Positions 1 to 7,812 of a DNA stretch of 39,992 nt are shown piece after piece. The notes under the pieces are model-generated. The model made no database searches and was not told the origin of the DNA. It worked only from the letters and a program-made list of their open reading frames with translations. The first letter of the stretch is position 1. Each line of letters begins with the position of its first letter. The position numbers and the translations under genes were made by a program. Origin of the DNA: Chthoniobacterales bacterium (GTDB lineage Bacteria > Verrucomicrobiota > Verrucomicrobiia > Chthoniobacterales > JACTMZ01). The stretch is taken from the NCBI GenBank assembly GCA_044355525.1, contig JBIKXZ010000001.1, forward strand, positions 1 through 39,992, read 5' to 3'.

Positions 1-822
1 GAACCGCTTGCCCGCCTTGTCATCGAGAATCAGCCGCTGGCACATGATGAGCTTGAGGCAATCGGCCAGACTGGCCTGCGAACTCTCGAGCCGATCGCTG
101 GGAATGAGCTTCAGAAAACGCTGCACGGTCTGCGAGGCGGACGAGGTGTGCAGCGTGGCCACCACGACGTGACCGGTCTCCGAGGCCTGCAGCGCGATCT
201 CGGCCGTTTCACCGTCGCGGATCTCGCCGATGATGATGACATCGGGAGCCTGACGCAGGGCGGCCCGCAGCGCATTGGAAAAATCGATTTCATCGGTGCC
301 CATCTCCCGCTGCGAGACGAGCGAAGGGATGTTCTCCGGATAGACGAACTCGATCGGATCCTCGAAGGAAACGATGTGCTCGCGGCGGCGTTTGGCGCGG
401 TGCATGACCATCGAGGCGATGGTGGTCGACTTGCCGCTGCCGGTCGGACCGCAAATGAGGAAGAGACCGTTCTTGGCCTCGAGAAAAGCCTTCAGCGCGG
501 GTGGCGGGACTTTGATCGATTCGGGGGCCGGGATCTGGTTCGGGAGCAGACGCAGCACCCAGCGCAGGCGCCCCTTGGTCAGCATCTGGCTCACGCGGTA
601 ACGCCGCCCGTGCAGGTCGATGGCGCTGTCCACGCACCCAGGTTCCAGATGCTCCGGGACGGGAAACTCGTAAACCAGGGAGTCATAGACAAGCTGCCCG
701 TTGACTTTGTAGGCCAGCGGTTGGTTGGCTGTGAGGTAGAAATCGCTGACACGCGCATCCTGGCTCAATTCCTTGAAGCGTTGTCCGATGGGCGACTCGG
801 GGTCGAGATGGAGATAATTCAT
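1..822 (-). CDS. pilT: PilT/PilU-family type IV pilus retraction ATPase; the C-terminus runs off the window at position 1
   Basis: Absent from the ORF track because no stop lies in the window. Hand translation of the reverse strand from the ATG at 822-820 gives MNYLHLDPES...LFLICGPTGSGKSTT (Walker A), SFEDPIEF (Asp box), DVIIIGEIRD (Walker B) and ETGHVVVATLHT (His box). The + ORF 148..945 is its antisense shadow. Confidence 0.85.
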   Translation of the reverse strand, partial: MNYLHLDPESPIGQRFKELSQDARVSDFYLTANQPLAYKVNGQLVYDSLVYEFPVPEHLEPGCVDSAIDLHGRRYRVSQMLTKGRLRWVLRLLPNQIPAPESIKVPPPALKAFLEAKNGLFLICGPTGSGKSTTIASMVMHRAKRRREHIVSFEDPIEFVYPENIPSLVSQREMGTDEIDFSNALRAALRQAPDVIIIGEIRDGETAEIALQASETGHVVVATLHTSSASQTVQRFLKLIPSDRLESSQASLADCLKLIMCQRLILDDKAGKRF

Positions 823-838
823 GGGTGCGATGGTCCGG

Positions 839-3298
839 TCATGGACCCGGGGAGTTGGCAGGCGAGAGGGAAAAGACGATGGAACTGCTGTTCAACTGCA
901 AGTCCCTGGCCGAAACCGAGCCGTTCAAAGTGCTCCCGTTGTTGAAGGCGATCGAGGCGTTGGGTGCGAAGATGCGGCCGTAGACACTGCTGCCGGAGGC
1001 AACGTTGACGTTGGAGGAACTCCAGACATTGATTTGCAGCCAATCCGGGCGGTCGACGTTGCCGAAGACCGCGCCGTTGCTCAGGGCGAAGGAATTGCGG
1101 ATGTTGAGGATGACCCGCCCGACGATGACGACATCGCCGCCGCTGTTGAGGGTGAGGCTGTCGAAGTTGTAGACCACCGGGGTTTCCGGATCCGCCGCGT
1201 TGCCGAGGACGAACTTGCTGTTGTTGTTGGCCGTCATGTTTCCGTAGGTGCCGGGAAGCAGGGTGACCGAGCCGACGCTCGTTGTGTTGAGCGTGACATT
1301 GGCCACATTGCTCGCGCTAAGGGGACCGGCGACCGGCCCGCTCAGACTGAGGGATGCCGACGAAGTCTTGGGGGGGAAGGTGGCCACATTGAGCGGGGTC
1401 AGCGTGTAGCGCTCGCTGCGGCGGAAAATCTTGCCGGTGATATAGGAGTTGTTGTTGAAGGTTATGACATAGTTCGTCGGAGTGGTCGGGCCGGTGAGAT
1501 CGACGACCCGGGGGCTGGGACCTTGGCCTTCGACAATTCCGTAGATGCGGTTGGCGAATTGCGCGTCGTTCGCGGGCGTCCACTGCGGGATGTAGGGCGA
1601 GTTTTGCGCCACCCTCGGCGTCCCGGGCACGTAGAGGCTGCCGTTGATCACCGCGTTCTGGTTGTAGGTGATGTTCGCCACCGCGCCATTGGTCGGGTAA
1701 GCGACGGTCACGTTGCCGTTGAAGGTGCTGTTGAGCGTGGCCGAACCGACCAGGGCGCCGCTGGGGATACCCGAACCGGCAAAGGCGGGGCCGGTATAGA
1801 CGCGGACCGTTTCCGCACTCTGGTCGAACCAGCGGACAAGGTCAGGCGGTGGAACCGTCACGGCGCGCACAGCTCTCTGCTCCAGCACGCCGAATGAGGA
1901 GACCGAGAACGGCGAGTTGTAGGTCAAGCCGTTGACCGATGACGGAGCGGTGTTGTTCGTCGTATAGCGAACCGACATACCCGCGGCGCCCGTGGGAGGG
2001 TTGCTCATGACGACGGTGACCGCGAACGTCACCACTTGGTTGGTCGGCGAGACCAATGGCGCATCAAGTGCGGTCTTGGCGATCGAAACGGTGTTGGAGA
2101 CAACGGGGGAACTGGTGAACCACTCGGGCCGCGTGGAGACAGCCACGGCACTGATGGTCAGTGAATTGTTGGCTCCCCAAGCCGCAAGACCCAGGTCGAC
2201 CGGCAGCGGCGGGAAGGAACCGCTGAAAGACGGCCCGGTCTGCGCGGTGCCGGAGCTCGCGGGGTCGGTGCCGTCTGTCGTGTAGCGCACTTGGAAATTC
2301 GCGCTGCTCAGATAAGGCGGAGGAATACTCACATTGAGGGAAATGGTGGCCTGCAATGGCGAGAGCAACGGTTGCCCTGTCATCGAACCACCCGCTTGGG
2401 CGTAGGTCATCGAGGCGGGCGCATTGATCGCAACGGCCAGAGGCAGCGGATCGAGTTCGTAGCTCTCCGCGCAGGCAGGACTGTTGTAGTAGCGGCTGGG
2501 ATCGACGGAAACAGCGACTGTGGTGACCACGGAGCCCGGATCCACGGTGAAAGGTGAACCGACCCAAAGGACCCACGAGCCGCTCTCGGGGGATTCGGCT
2601 GTGCCGATGCGGTAGTAGACGATCGAACTGCCCGCGGGGTTGACCGAATTGTCGATCTCGACCGTCAGTGGAAAACCGGAAAGATCGAAGGTCTGACCGG
2701 CGGGATTGATCAACGGACAGGTCAACGGGGCCAGCACCGTGTTGGTCGTGCCCAACGTCGTGCCAGCATCGATCGTCCCAGGCTCGAAAACCGGCCTGCT
2801 CACTTCGCCCGGGGATGCCGGGGTGTAGGACCACAGCCAACTCGGCGCCGTCGCCGCCGGCGGACCACCGACCGGCGACGCCAGACCGCGGGCAAAGACG
2901 ATGCCGTTGGACGACCTTTGCACGGCGAACTGCGGACGGGGACTTGTTTCAAAACGCGCGCTCCACGCGAAATCCGTGGCGTTGGTCACGACCCGAGGAT
3001 CGAGAAAGGGTCCGATGGCGCCGGTCATTTCCGCGGCCACCCCCCCAGTGACCCGCTGCTTGAGCGCTTCGATGACATTACCCGAGTTGAGCGCCCCCTG
3101 CGAACCACCGGCGACCAAAAAAGCATCGATCGCATTGTTCACGATGGCCACATCCTGCTGCAGCTTGGCCAACTTGGCCGCATCGGGTCCTTCCTGGATG
3201 CGCGGCACCACCACCGTAGCCACCAGACCAAGAACAGCTACTACCACCAAAGCCTCCACCAGCGTGAAAGCCGCCGCGCATTTGGGCCGGGGTTTCAT
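839..3298 (-). CDS. Giant (819 aa) protein with a prepilin-type N-terminal cleavage/methylation signal, three internal repeat modules and a beta-helix-like C-terminal region
   Basis: The N-terminus MKPRPKCAAA/FTLVEALVVVAVLGLVATVVV is a class III (prepilin) signal with Glu at +5. Three modules carry the motifs IVYYRIGT, VRYTTDGTDP and VRYTTNNTAP, which resemble chitobiase/FN3-associated domains. The last ~300 aa are N/S/G/V-rich short repeats (GRIFAPNASIAFNNGSTLNGSVSA). ATG at 3298; the stop lies 16 nt before the pilT ATG. Confidence 0.8.
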   Translation of the reverse strand: MKPRPKCAAAFTLVEALVVVAVLGLVATVVVPRIQEGPDAAKLAKLQQDVAIVNNAIDAFLVAGGSQGALNSGNVIEALKQRVTGGVAAEMTGAIGPFLDPRVVTNATDFAWSARFETSPRPQFAVQRSSNGIVFARGLASPVGGPPAATAPSWLWSYTPASPGEVSRPVFEPGTIDAGTTLGTTNTVLAPLTCPLINPAGQTFDLSGFPLTVEIDNSVNPAGSSIVYYRIGTAESPESGSWVLWVGSPFTVDPGSVVTTVAVSVDPSRYYNSPACAESYELDPLPLAVAINAPASMTYAQAGGSMTGQPLLSPLQATISLNVSIPPPYLSSANFQVRYTTDGTDPASSGTAQTGPSFSGSFPPLPVDLGLAAWGANNSLTISAVAVSTRPEWFTSSPVVSNTVSIAKTALDAPLVSPTNQVVTFAVTVVMSNPPTGAAGMSVRYTTNNTAPSSVNGLTYNSPFSVSSFGVLEQRAVRAVTVPPPDLVRWFDQSAETVRVYTGPAFAGSGIPSGALVGSATLNSTFNGNVTVAYPTNGAVANITYNQNAVINGSLYVPGTPRVAQNSPYIPQWTPANDAQFANRIYGIVEGQGPSPRVVDLTGPTTPTNYVITFNNNSYITGKIFRRSERYTLTPLNVATFPPKTSSASLSLSGPVAGPLSASNVANVTLNTTSVGSVTLLPGTYGNMTANNNSKFVLGNAADPETPVVYNFDSLTLNSGGDVVIVGRVILNIRNSFALSNGAVFGNVDRPDWLQINVWSSSNVNVASGSSVYGRIFAPNASIAFNNGSTLNGSVSARDLQLNSSSIVFSLSPANSPGP

Positions 3299-3356
3299 GT
3301 CTCAATATATCCGCAACGGAAGCATTGCCAAGGGCTGCAAGTGATCCGGCACAGCT

Positions 3357-5972
3357 TCACATCAAATTATCCTGCGCGACCGCCAGAGTGCGGTTGAGGT
3401 CGGCCAGTAATTCCTCGGCTCTGATGGCATGGCGACCGGCCGGCGTTTCATAGTCGTAGGGAGGTTGGCCGGCTGCCATCTGAAGATCTGCGAGCAGGGC
3501 TCGGGCTACGCCGATCACATCCCTGAGCCTCTGTATGGAATCGAGCGTGATCATCGACTCGAGGTTGACCTGACGAAAATACCGGAGTTGGAATTCCAGC
3601 CACGCAAACGCCGGCTCCACCGCTGCCTCGCCCCCGGAAAGCCTTCCGTCCGGAGTGAAGGTAGGAGCTTCGGGCGGAACGCCTGGACGCAAAGGCACGA
3701 TGGACTCGGGCGTCTCCGCGATGCCTGGCGTCTTGGCCGGGTCGCCGATCAGGTAAGGCGTGATAAAAATGATCAAGTTGACCTTGTTGCGCTTCTTGCT
3801 CGTGTTCTTAAACAGGTAGCCGAGCCCCGGGATGTCCTGCAGAACGGGAATGCCACCCACCGTGTTGCTGTCGTCGACTTTTTCCAAACCACCGACGGCC
3901 AGCGTGTAACCGGAATTGACCTGCAATGCAGCGTTGTAGACGCGCTCGGAAGTGATGGGGTAAAGATTGCTGCCAGTGCCCAAATTGATGGGCAACTCAC
4001 CAACGATGGATGACACGGTAATGGCCACAGTCATCGCGATCTGGTTGTTGTTGACCAGCTTCGGGAGAATGTTGATCTGGGTGCCAGTCGGGAGGTAACC
4101 GAGCTGTCCCACCGTGGTGCCGCTGGTGCCGGTGGCTGAGACCGCAGTGTCGGTCCCGATATTCAATGGCGTGTTTTCGGACGAGGTGATCGCCACCTCG
4201 CGGTTGTTGAGGGTGAGCACACGCGGATATTGGACAATAGAGGTGTCACGGTCCTGCATGAAGGCCTGGAGTGTGAAGGAAAACTGGTCGAGACTCAGGA
4301 CGGCGCTGTAGGGAATCTGGCCTGAAATGGAGGAAACATTGTTGTCAACGCTGCCACCTTGTTGCGGCAGATACCCATCCAGCTGTCCGTCAGCAAATCG
4401 AGGAATCAAGCTTCCGCTGTTGGTCCCGGTTTGCCGGGCGAAATCGATGGAGCCGATATCCTCCCCACCGACACTGGCACTCCCACCGACGGTCAAACCC
4501 GTCCCGAAAGTGTTTTGCCAGTTGATCCCGATGTCTGTTTGGGGATTTTTCTTGGTTTCCAAGAACTTCACCTCGATGGCAATAAGCGCTTGCGGCTTGT
4601 CGACTTTGCTCAGGTATTCCGCCACCCATTTATGTTGGCGACGTGTGGCTACAACCCAGAGGAAGTTCTGGTCGGAGTTGTAGATCACTTGGGGCTTTTC
4701 CGGCGGAACGTAAACAGGCGAGAGAGTATTCGGCTGGCTGAGTCCCCGACCGCCCTCCGCGGGCGCGACCGCATCGGGTTGCTGTACGACCGCTCCCCCG
4801 GAAGTAACCACGGTGGTGGTCAGCTCCTTGCCTTCCAGCTCGCCGCGCGCGGTTTTGGAAAGCCGGTCGTAATCGACGATGGCACCCGCCGCACGTTCAT
4901 CCTGCCCCACCTCGTTCACTTGACCGGTCTTTTCGTCAACCAGCAGGGGAGGCAATCCGAGAATGGCGCGCACATCATTGACGATCCGCGGGATACGGTG
5001 GGCGAAAACTTTCTGAGAGTATTGCAGGGGCAAGTTCGGGCTGGTCAGCCCCTGCGGGAGGGTCGACGCAGCCGCAGAACCCGCTTCGCGCATCAACTCT
5101 GCGCGGAAGTCGATCCGATCGGCCGCATCGTGGCGCAACTGATACATGACCCCGACAAGCTCGTGCTCTTTCCTGCTGTCCTCGATTCTCTGGAGTTGCT
5201 CACGCCTCGCTCGCACCATCTCGTCGGTTATGTCGTTGGGCGTCAAAAACCAGACACCTTCGTCGAACTTCATGGAGATCCGGTATTGGCGCACCACGCT
5301 CTCCAAAGCCGCGAAAGGACTGGCCGTCATGCGGAAAGTGACCAGTTGCTGCGCCTGCGGGGAACTTTCCGGAATACTGACAAAAGGAATGCCCGCCGCC
5401 TCGGCAAGAAAGCGGAGAACATCGCGAAGCAGCGCACGGTCAAAAGTAAAGAGCTCAGGGGGCATGCTGCGCAGTTGCGCGGCCTTGCGGTTGCCCTCCG
5501 CTCCGTAATCGGTGCGCCCGACCGGTCGGCCGATGGCCACAAGCGGCTCGCTCTGGTTCCTCGCGGCGGGAGTGGGAAAAGCAACATCGCCAGTGCGAAG
5601 CGGCGGCATGGGCTCGGGTGGTGCCGGCGGAGAAGGATCAGGCAAAGTGTTGGCCGGTGCCGGAGCAGTGGGAGACGGGAGCGGCTCTGCCTCGAGCAAG
5701 GTGGTTCCCTCGGGAGGGGCGGGCGCAACAGACTGCTCTGCCGACGCCTGCGGGGTCGCCTCGGAGGTCTGCGCACCCAGACGTGCTATTCCCAGGCCCG
5801 CAACAAGCAGCAAGGCGACTGCCGCAATGAGCAAAGCCTTGCGCGGAATGATTTTTCGCGAGGGAGCTGCGCGGCCAAGGGACTTGGCATCTGAAGAAAA
5901 CTTAATCACGAGGCCGGTGTAGGGGACACTACTTCCAGAGTGAATCCTGCCCGAAGCACATCTGAAGGTCAA
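3357..5972 (-). CDS. Outer-membrane secretin (GspD/PilQ family) with a long N-terminal extension
   Basis: The C-terminal secretin signature is VGGIPVLQDIPGLGYLFKNTSKKRNKVNLIIFITPYLI. Upstream there is an STN-like segment (LRDVLRFLAEAAGIPFVSI), an N-terminal membrane anchor (ALLIAAVALLLVAGLG) and a Pro-rich linker. The start is uncertain: the codon at 5972 is TTG, and an alternative GTG lies at 5909. Confidence 0.85.
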   Translation of the reverse strand: MTFRCASGRIHSGSSVPYTGLVIKFSSDAKSLGRAAPSRKIIPRKALLIAAVALLLVAGLGIARLGAQTSEATPQASAEQSVAPAPPEGTTLLEAEPLPSPTAPAPANTLPDPSPPAPPEPMPPLRTGDVAFPTPAARNQSEPLVAIGRPVGRTDYGAEGNRKAAQLRSMPPELFTFDRALLRDVLRFLAEAAGIPFVSIPESSPQAQQLVTFRMTASPFAALESVVRQYRISMKFDEGVWFLTPNDITDEMVRARREQLQRIEDSRKEHELVGVMYQLRHDAADRIDFRAELMREAGSAAASTLPQGLTSPNLPLQYSQKVFAHRIPRIVNDVRAILGLPPLLVDEKTGQVNEVGQDERAAGAIVDYDRLSKTARGELEGKELTTTVVTSGGAVVQQPDAVAPAEGGRGLSQPNTLSPVYVPPEKPQVIYNSDQNFLWVVATRRQHKWVAEYLSKVDKPQALIAIEVKFLETKKNPQTDIGINWQNTFGTGLTVGGSASVGGEDIGSIDFARQTGTNSGSLIPRFADGQLDGYLPQQGGSVDNNVSSISGQIPYSAVLSLDQFSFTLQAFMQDRDTSIVQYPRVLTLNNREVAITSSENTPLNIGTDTAVSATGTSGTTVGQLGYLPTGTQINILPKLVNNNQIAMTVAITVSSIVGELPINLGTGSNLYPITSERVYNAALQVNSGYTLAVGGLEKVDDSNTVGGIPVLQDIPGLGYLFKNTSKKRNKVNLIIFITPYLIGDPAKTPGIAETPESIVPLRPGVPPEAPTFTPDGRLSGGEAAVEPAFAWLEFQLRYFRQVNLESMITLDSIQRLRDVIGVARALLADLQMAAGQPPYDYETPAGRHAIRAEELLADLNRTLAVAQDNLM

Positions 5973-6072
5973 AGGGGTTATTCACAAGGCCTTCTCTGTA
6001 GACTATGAAGCGGCGCGCCTCGGTTCCCACCATCTTCAACCACCCCTCACCATCCTCCTCCCACAAAGACTG

Positions 6073-6112
6073 CTTACGAACTTTTGTCGCGGCCGCGACA
6101 AAAGTTCGTAAG
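6073..6112. terminator. Perfect 40-bp palindrome (20-bp arms, GCGGCCGC centre) between the cobB stop and the secretin start
   Basis: cttacgaacttttgtcgcgg/ccgcgacaaaagttcgtaag is exactly self-complementary. It lies 14 nt downstream of the cobB stop on the - strand. Only a weak U-tract follows (cagucuuug). Confidence 0.5.
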
Positions 6113-6125
6113 TGCCCAGCGGTGC

Positions 6126-6794
6126 TCAAAGCAGAGATTCCAACTTTCGTAGACCCTCGGAAGCTCCTGCCGCAATAACCTTGAAACCGTCGACCTCCGG
6201 GGGCCGCGGATCGATGAGGAATCGGCGGCAGCCCGGCGGGGCGAAGAAGGCCAAACCGGCCGCCGGATACACCTGCAACGACGTTCCAACCACGATCAAG
6301 AGATCAGCCGCCGCGACCGCCGCCTCCGCTTGGGCCATGAGCGGCACTTCTTCCCCGAACCAGACGATATGCGGTCGCAGTTGCGATCCTTTTTCGCATC
6401 GGTCGCCTTCCTGCAATTCCCACTGCTGCAGCGGATAGATGAGATTCGGGTCGAGGGTCGATCGCGCCTTCATCAATTCGCCGTGAAGATGGATCACGCT
6501 CGTCGACCCGGCGCGCTCGTGCAGGTCGTCGACATTTTGCGTCACCACCGTGACGCGATAGGTCTTTTCCCATCCCGCGATGAGGCGATGACCCTCGTTC
6601 GGATCGGCGGAAAGCAGCGCCTTGCGACGCTCATTGTAAAAGCGGAGGACAAGTGCCCTGTCGCGATGCCACGCTTCGGGCGTGGCCACCTCTTCGACGC
6701 GGTGGTTCTCCCAAAGCCCGTTGTTGTCCCGGAAAGTCTTGAGTCCGCTCTCGGCACTCATCCCCGCCCCGCTCAAGACGACGACATGCTTCAT
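6126..6794 (-). CDS. cobB: Sir2-family NAD-dependent protein deacylase (short form lacking the 4-Cys zinc ribbon)
   Basis: MKHVVVLSGAGMSAESGLKTFRDNNGLW, QNVDDLHERAG, HLHGEL and VVGTSLQVYPAAG are sirtuin motifs. The true ATG is at 6794 (track ORF 6126..7076 is an upstream extension). It overlaps the upstream gene by 4 nt. Confidence 0.85.
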   Translation of the reverse strand: MKHVVVLSGAGMSAESGLKTFRDNNGLWENHRVEEVATPEAWHRDRALVLRFYNERRKALLSADPNEGHRLIAGWEKTYRVTVVTQNVDDLHERAGSTSVIHLHGELMKARSTLDPNLIYPLQQWELQEGDRCEKGSQLRPHIVWFGEEVPLMAQAEAAVAAADLLIVVGTSLQVYPAAGLAFFAPPGCRRFLIDPRPPEVDGFKVIAAGASEGLRKLESLL

Positions 6795-7507
6795 GGCGCC
6801 GGCGCCTGCAGCACCACCACTCCGAGTCGCCCGTCGGTGCGCCACAGATCCCCGCCCCCGTTGTGACCCTCGAGGTGCGGATGGAAGTCGGCGATGAAAA
6901 ATTCCCGCGCCGCCCAGCGCGCTTGCTCCAGCCCGCGCATAATGAGATCGCGCTCGGCATCGACATCGGGACCGATGTGATGCGTTACCTCGCCGGTGGT
7001 GTAACTCAGGCCGACCCGCTCGTCGAAGGACGCCGAACCGAACCACACCACTTTGCCTTGGTGCAAACGGTCCCACTTCCAGAAACGCACGTGATGCCGC
7101 CGTCGCGGACTGTTCCCGACCGGAAACTCGAAGGCCAGATCCTCTTTGCGTCCGAACAAATACAAATTGCTCACCGGCGCCTCGTCATCCGGACGCCGCA
7201 CCACCGAATCAACAACGATGCGCACGCTGGTGGCGAAGGTGATCGGATCCGCCGGAGACCATCCCGCTGCTGTCATCGCGCGGACCACCTGCTCCTCCAC
7301 GCCGAGCAGCGCGATATTCACCGGATCCCCGGGATGGCCATCCGGAGTTTCGGTCAGACGCGGCCCGGTCAGCAGCGCGTCCTCCCCGCGCTCGAGCTGG
7401 TGCCAAACGATCGGCGCCAGCAAATAAGCCAGCGCGGCCCAGATGGTCAATCCGAGCAAAATCCAATGCCAATAGCGGCGCAATTTGGTTGAAAGATCAG
7501 AGGTCAC
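6791..7507 (-). CDS. LssY-like C-terminal domain protein with an N-terminal transmembrane helix
   Basis: The TM helix is WHWILLGLTIWAALAYLLAPIVW. It is followed by DPVNIALLG...APVSNLYLFGRKEDLAFEFPVG...RHHVRFW...THHIGPDVDAERD, which I recall as the LssY_C pattern. GTG start at 7507. There is a 4-nt stop/start overlap with cobB. Confidence 0.6.
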   Translation of the reverse strand: MTSDLSTKLRRYWHWILLGLTIWAALAYLLAPIVWHQLERGEDALLTGPRLTETPDGHPGDPVNIALLGVEEQVVRAMTAAGWSPADPITFATSVRIVVDSVVRRPDDEAPVSNLYLFGRKEDLAFEFPVGNSPRRRHHVRFWKWDRLHQGKVVWFGSASFDERVGLSYTTGEVTHHIGPDVDAERDLIMRGLEQARWAAREFFIADFHPHLEGHNGGGDLWRTDGRLGVVVLQAPAP

Positions 7508-7541
7508 TGATTGATTGAAGGGAGCCGGAAAGGTGCATTTG

Positions 7542-7696
7542 AACCACCGATTACACGGATTTCACGGATGTTTTCGAGATGAATGACGATCGATGACTGA
7601 CATCACGCGCCACTCTCCAGGTAGTAGCGAGATTTCTGCCCCCACCCCTCCTCTCAGTATCCTCTCTCATCAGTGCCATCAGTGTTATCAGTGGTT
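7542..7696. repeat. Inverted pair of 3 x 9-bp tandem repeats (AACC...GGTT element)
   Basis: The left arm is aaccaccga|ttacacgga|tttcacgga|tg (7542-7570). The right arm is ca|tcagtgcca|tcagtgtta|tcagtggtt (7668-7696). The arms pair at 23 of 29 positions. It lies in the 305-bp gap between the EEP gene and the LssY-like gene. Confidence 0.7.
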
Positions 7697-7812
7697 AAAA
7701 CTCTTCTGCACGAATACGACCGGAGCAAGCGGGTCTAAAGCCTCAAGCCTACCTTGATTCGCTCGGCTGACCGCCGCTACATCCTCACATCGAAGGTTGG
7801 CGGGCCTCCGCT

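Noticed and set aside
148-1897. Long + strand ORFs (148..945, 821..1897) overlapping pilT and the giant pilin gene
   Set aside because: They are antisense shadows. The opposite strand encodes proteins with clear PilT and prepilin motifs, whereas these translations are Arg/Gly/Asp-rich with no recognisable motifs. This is typical of high-GC DNA.
4359-5894. 511-aa + strand ORF inside the secretin gene
   Set aside because: It is an antisense shadow of the secretin gene, with a low-complexity Arg-rich translation and no motifs.
5981-5992. ttcacaaggcc upstream of the secretin, partly resembling the protease upstream motif (gtgacaaggct)
   Set aside because: Only ~8 nt match, the second half-site is absent, and it lies within 20 nt of the candidate start codon. 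It is probably chance.
6795-7076. N-terminal extensions of track ORFs (for example 6126..7076, 7813..8874, 11329..16746, 23456..24907, 24709..25599, 25506..26390, 27044..28453, 29267..30568, 37247..38869)
   Set aside because: In each case an internal start gives a protein that begins like its family (signal peptide or conserved N-terminus) and removes the overlap with the upstream gene. The extensions are Arg/Gly/Ala-rich read-through of neighbouring genes.
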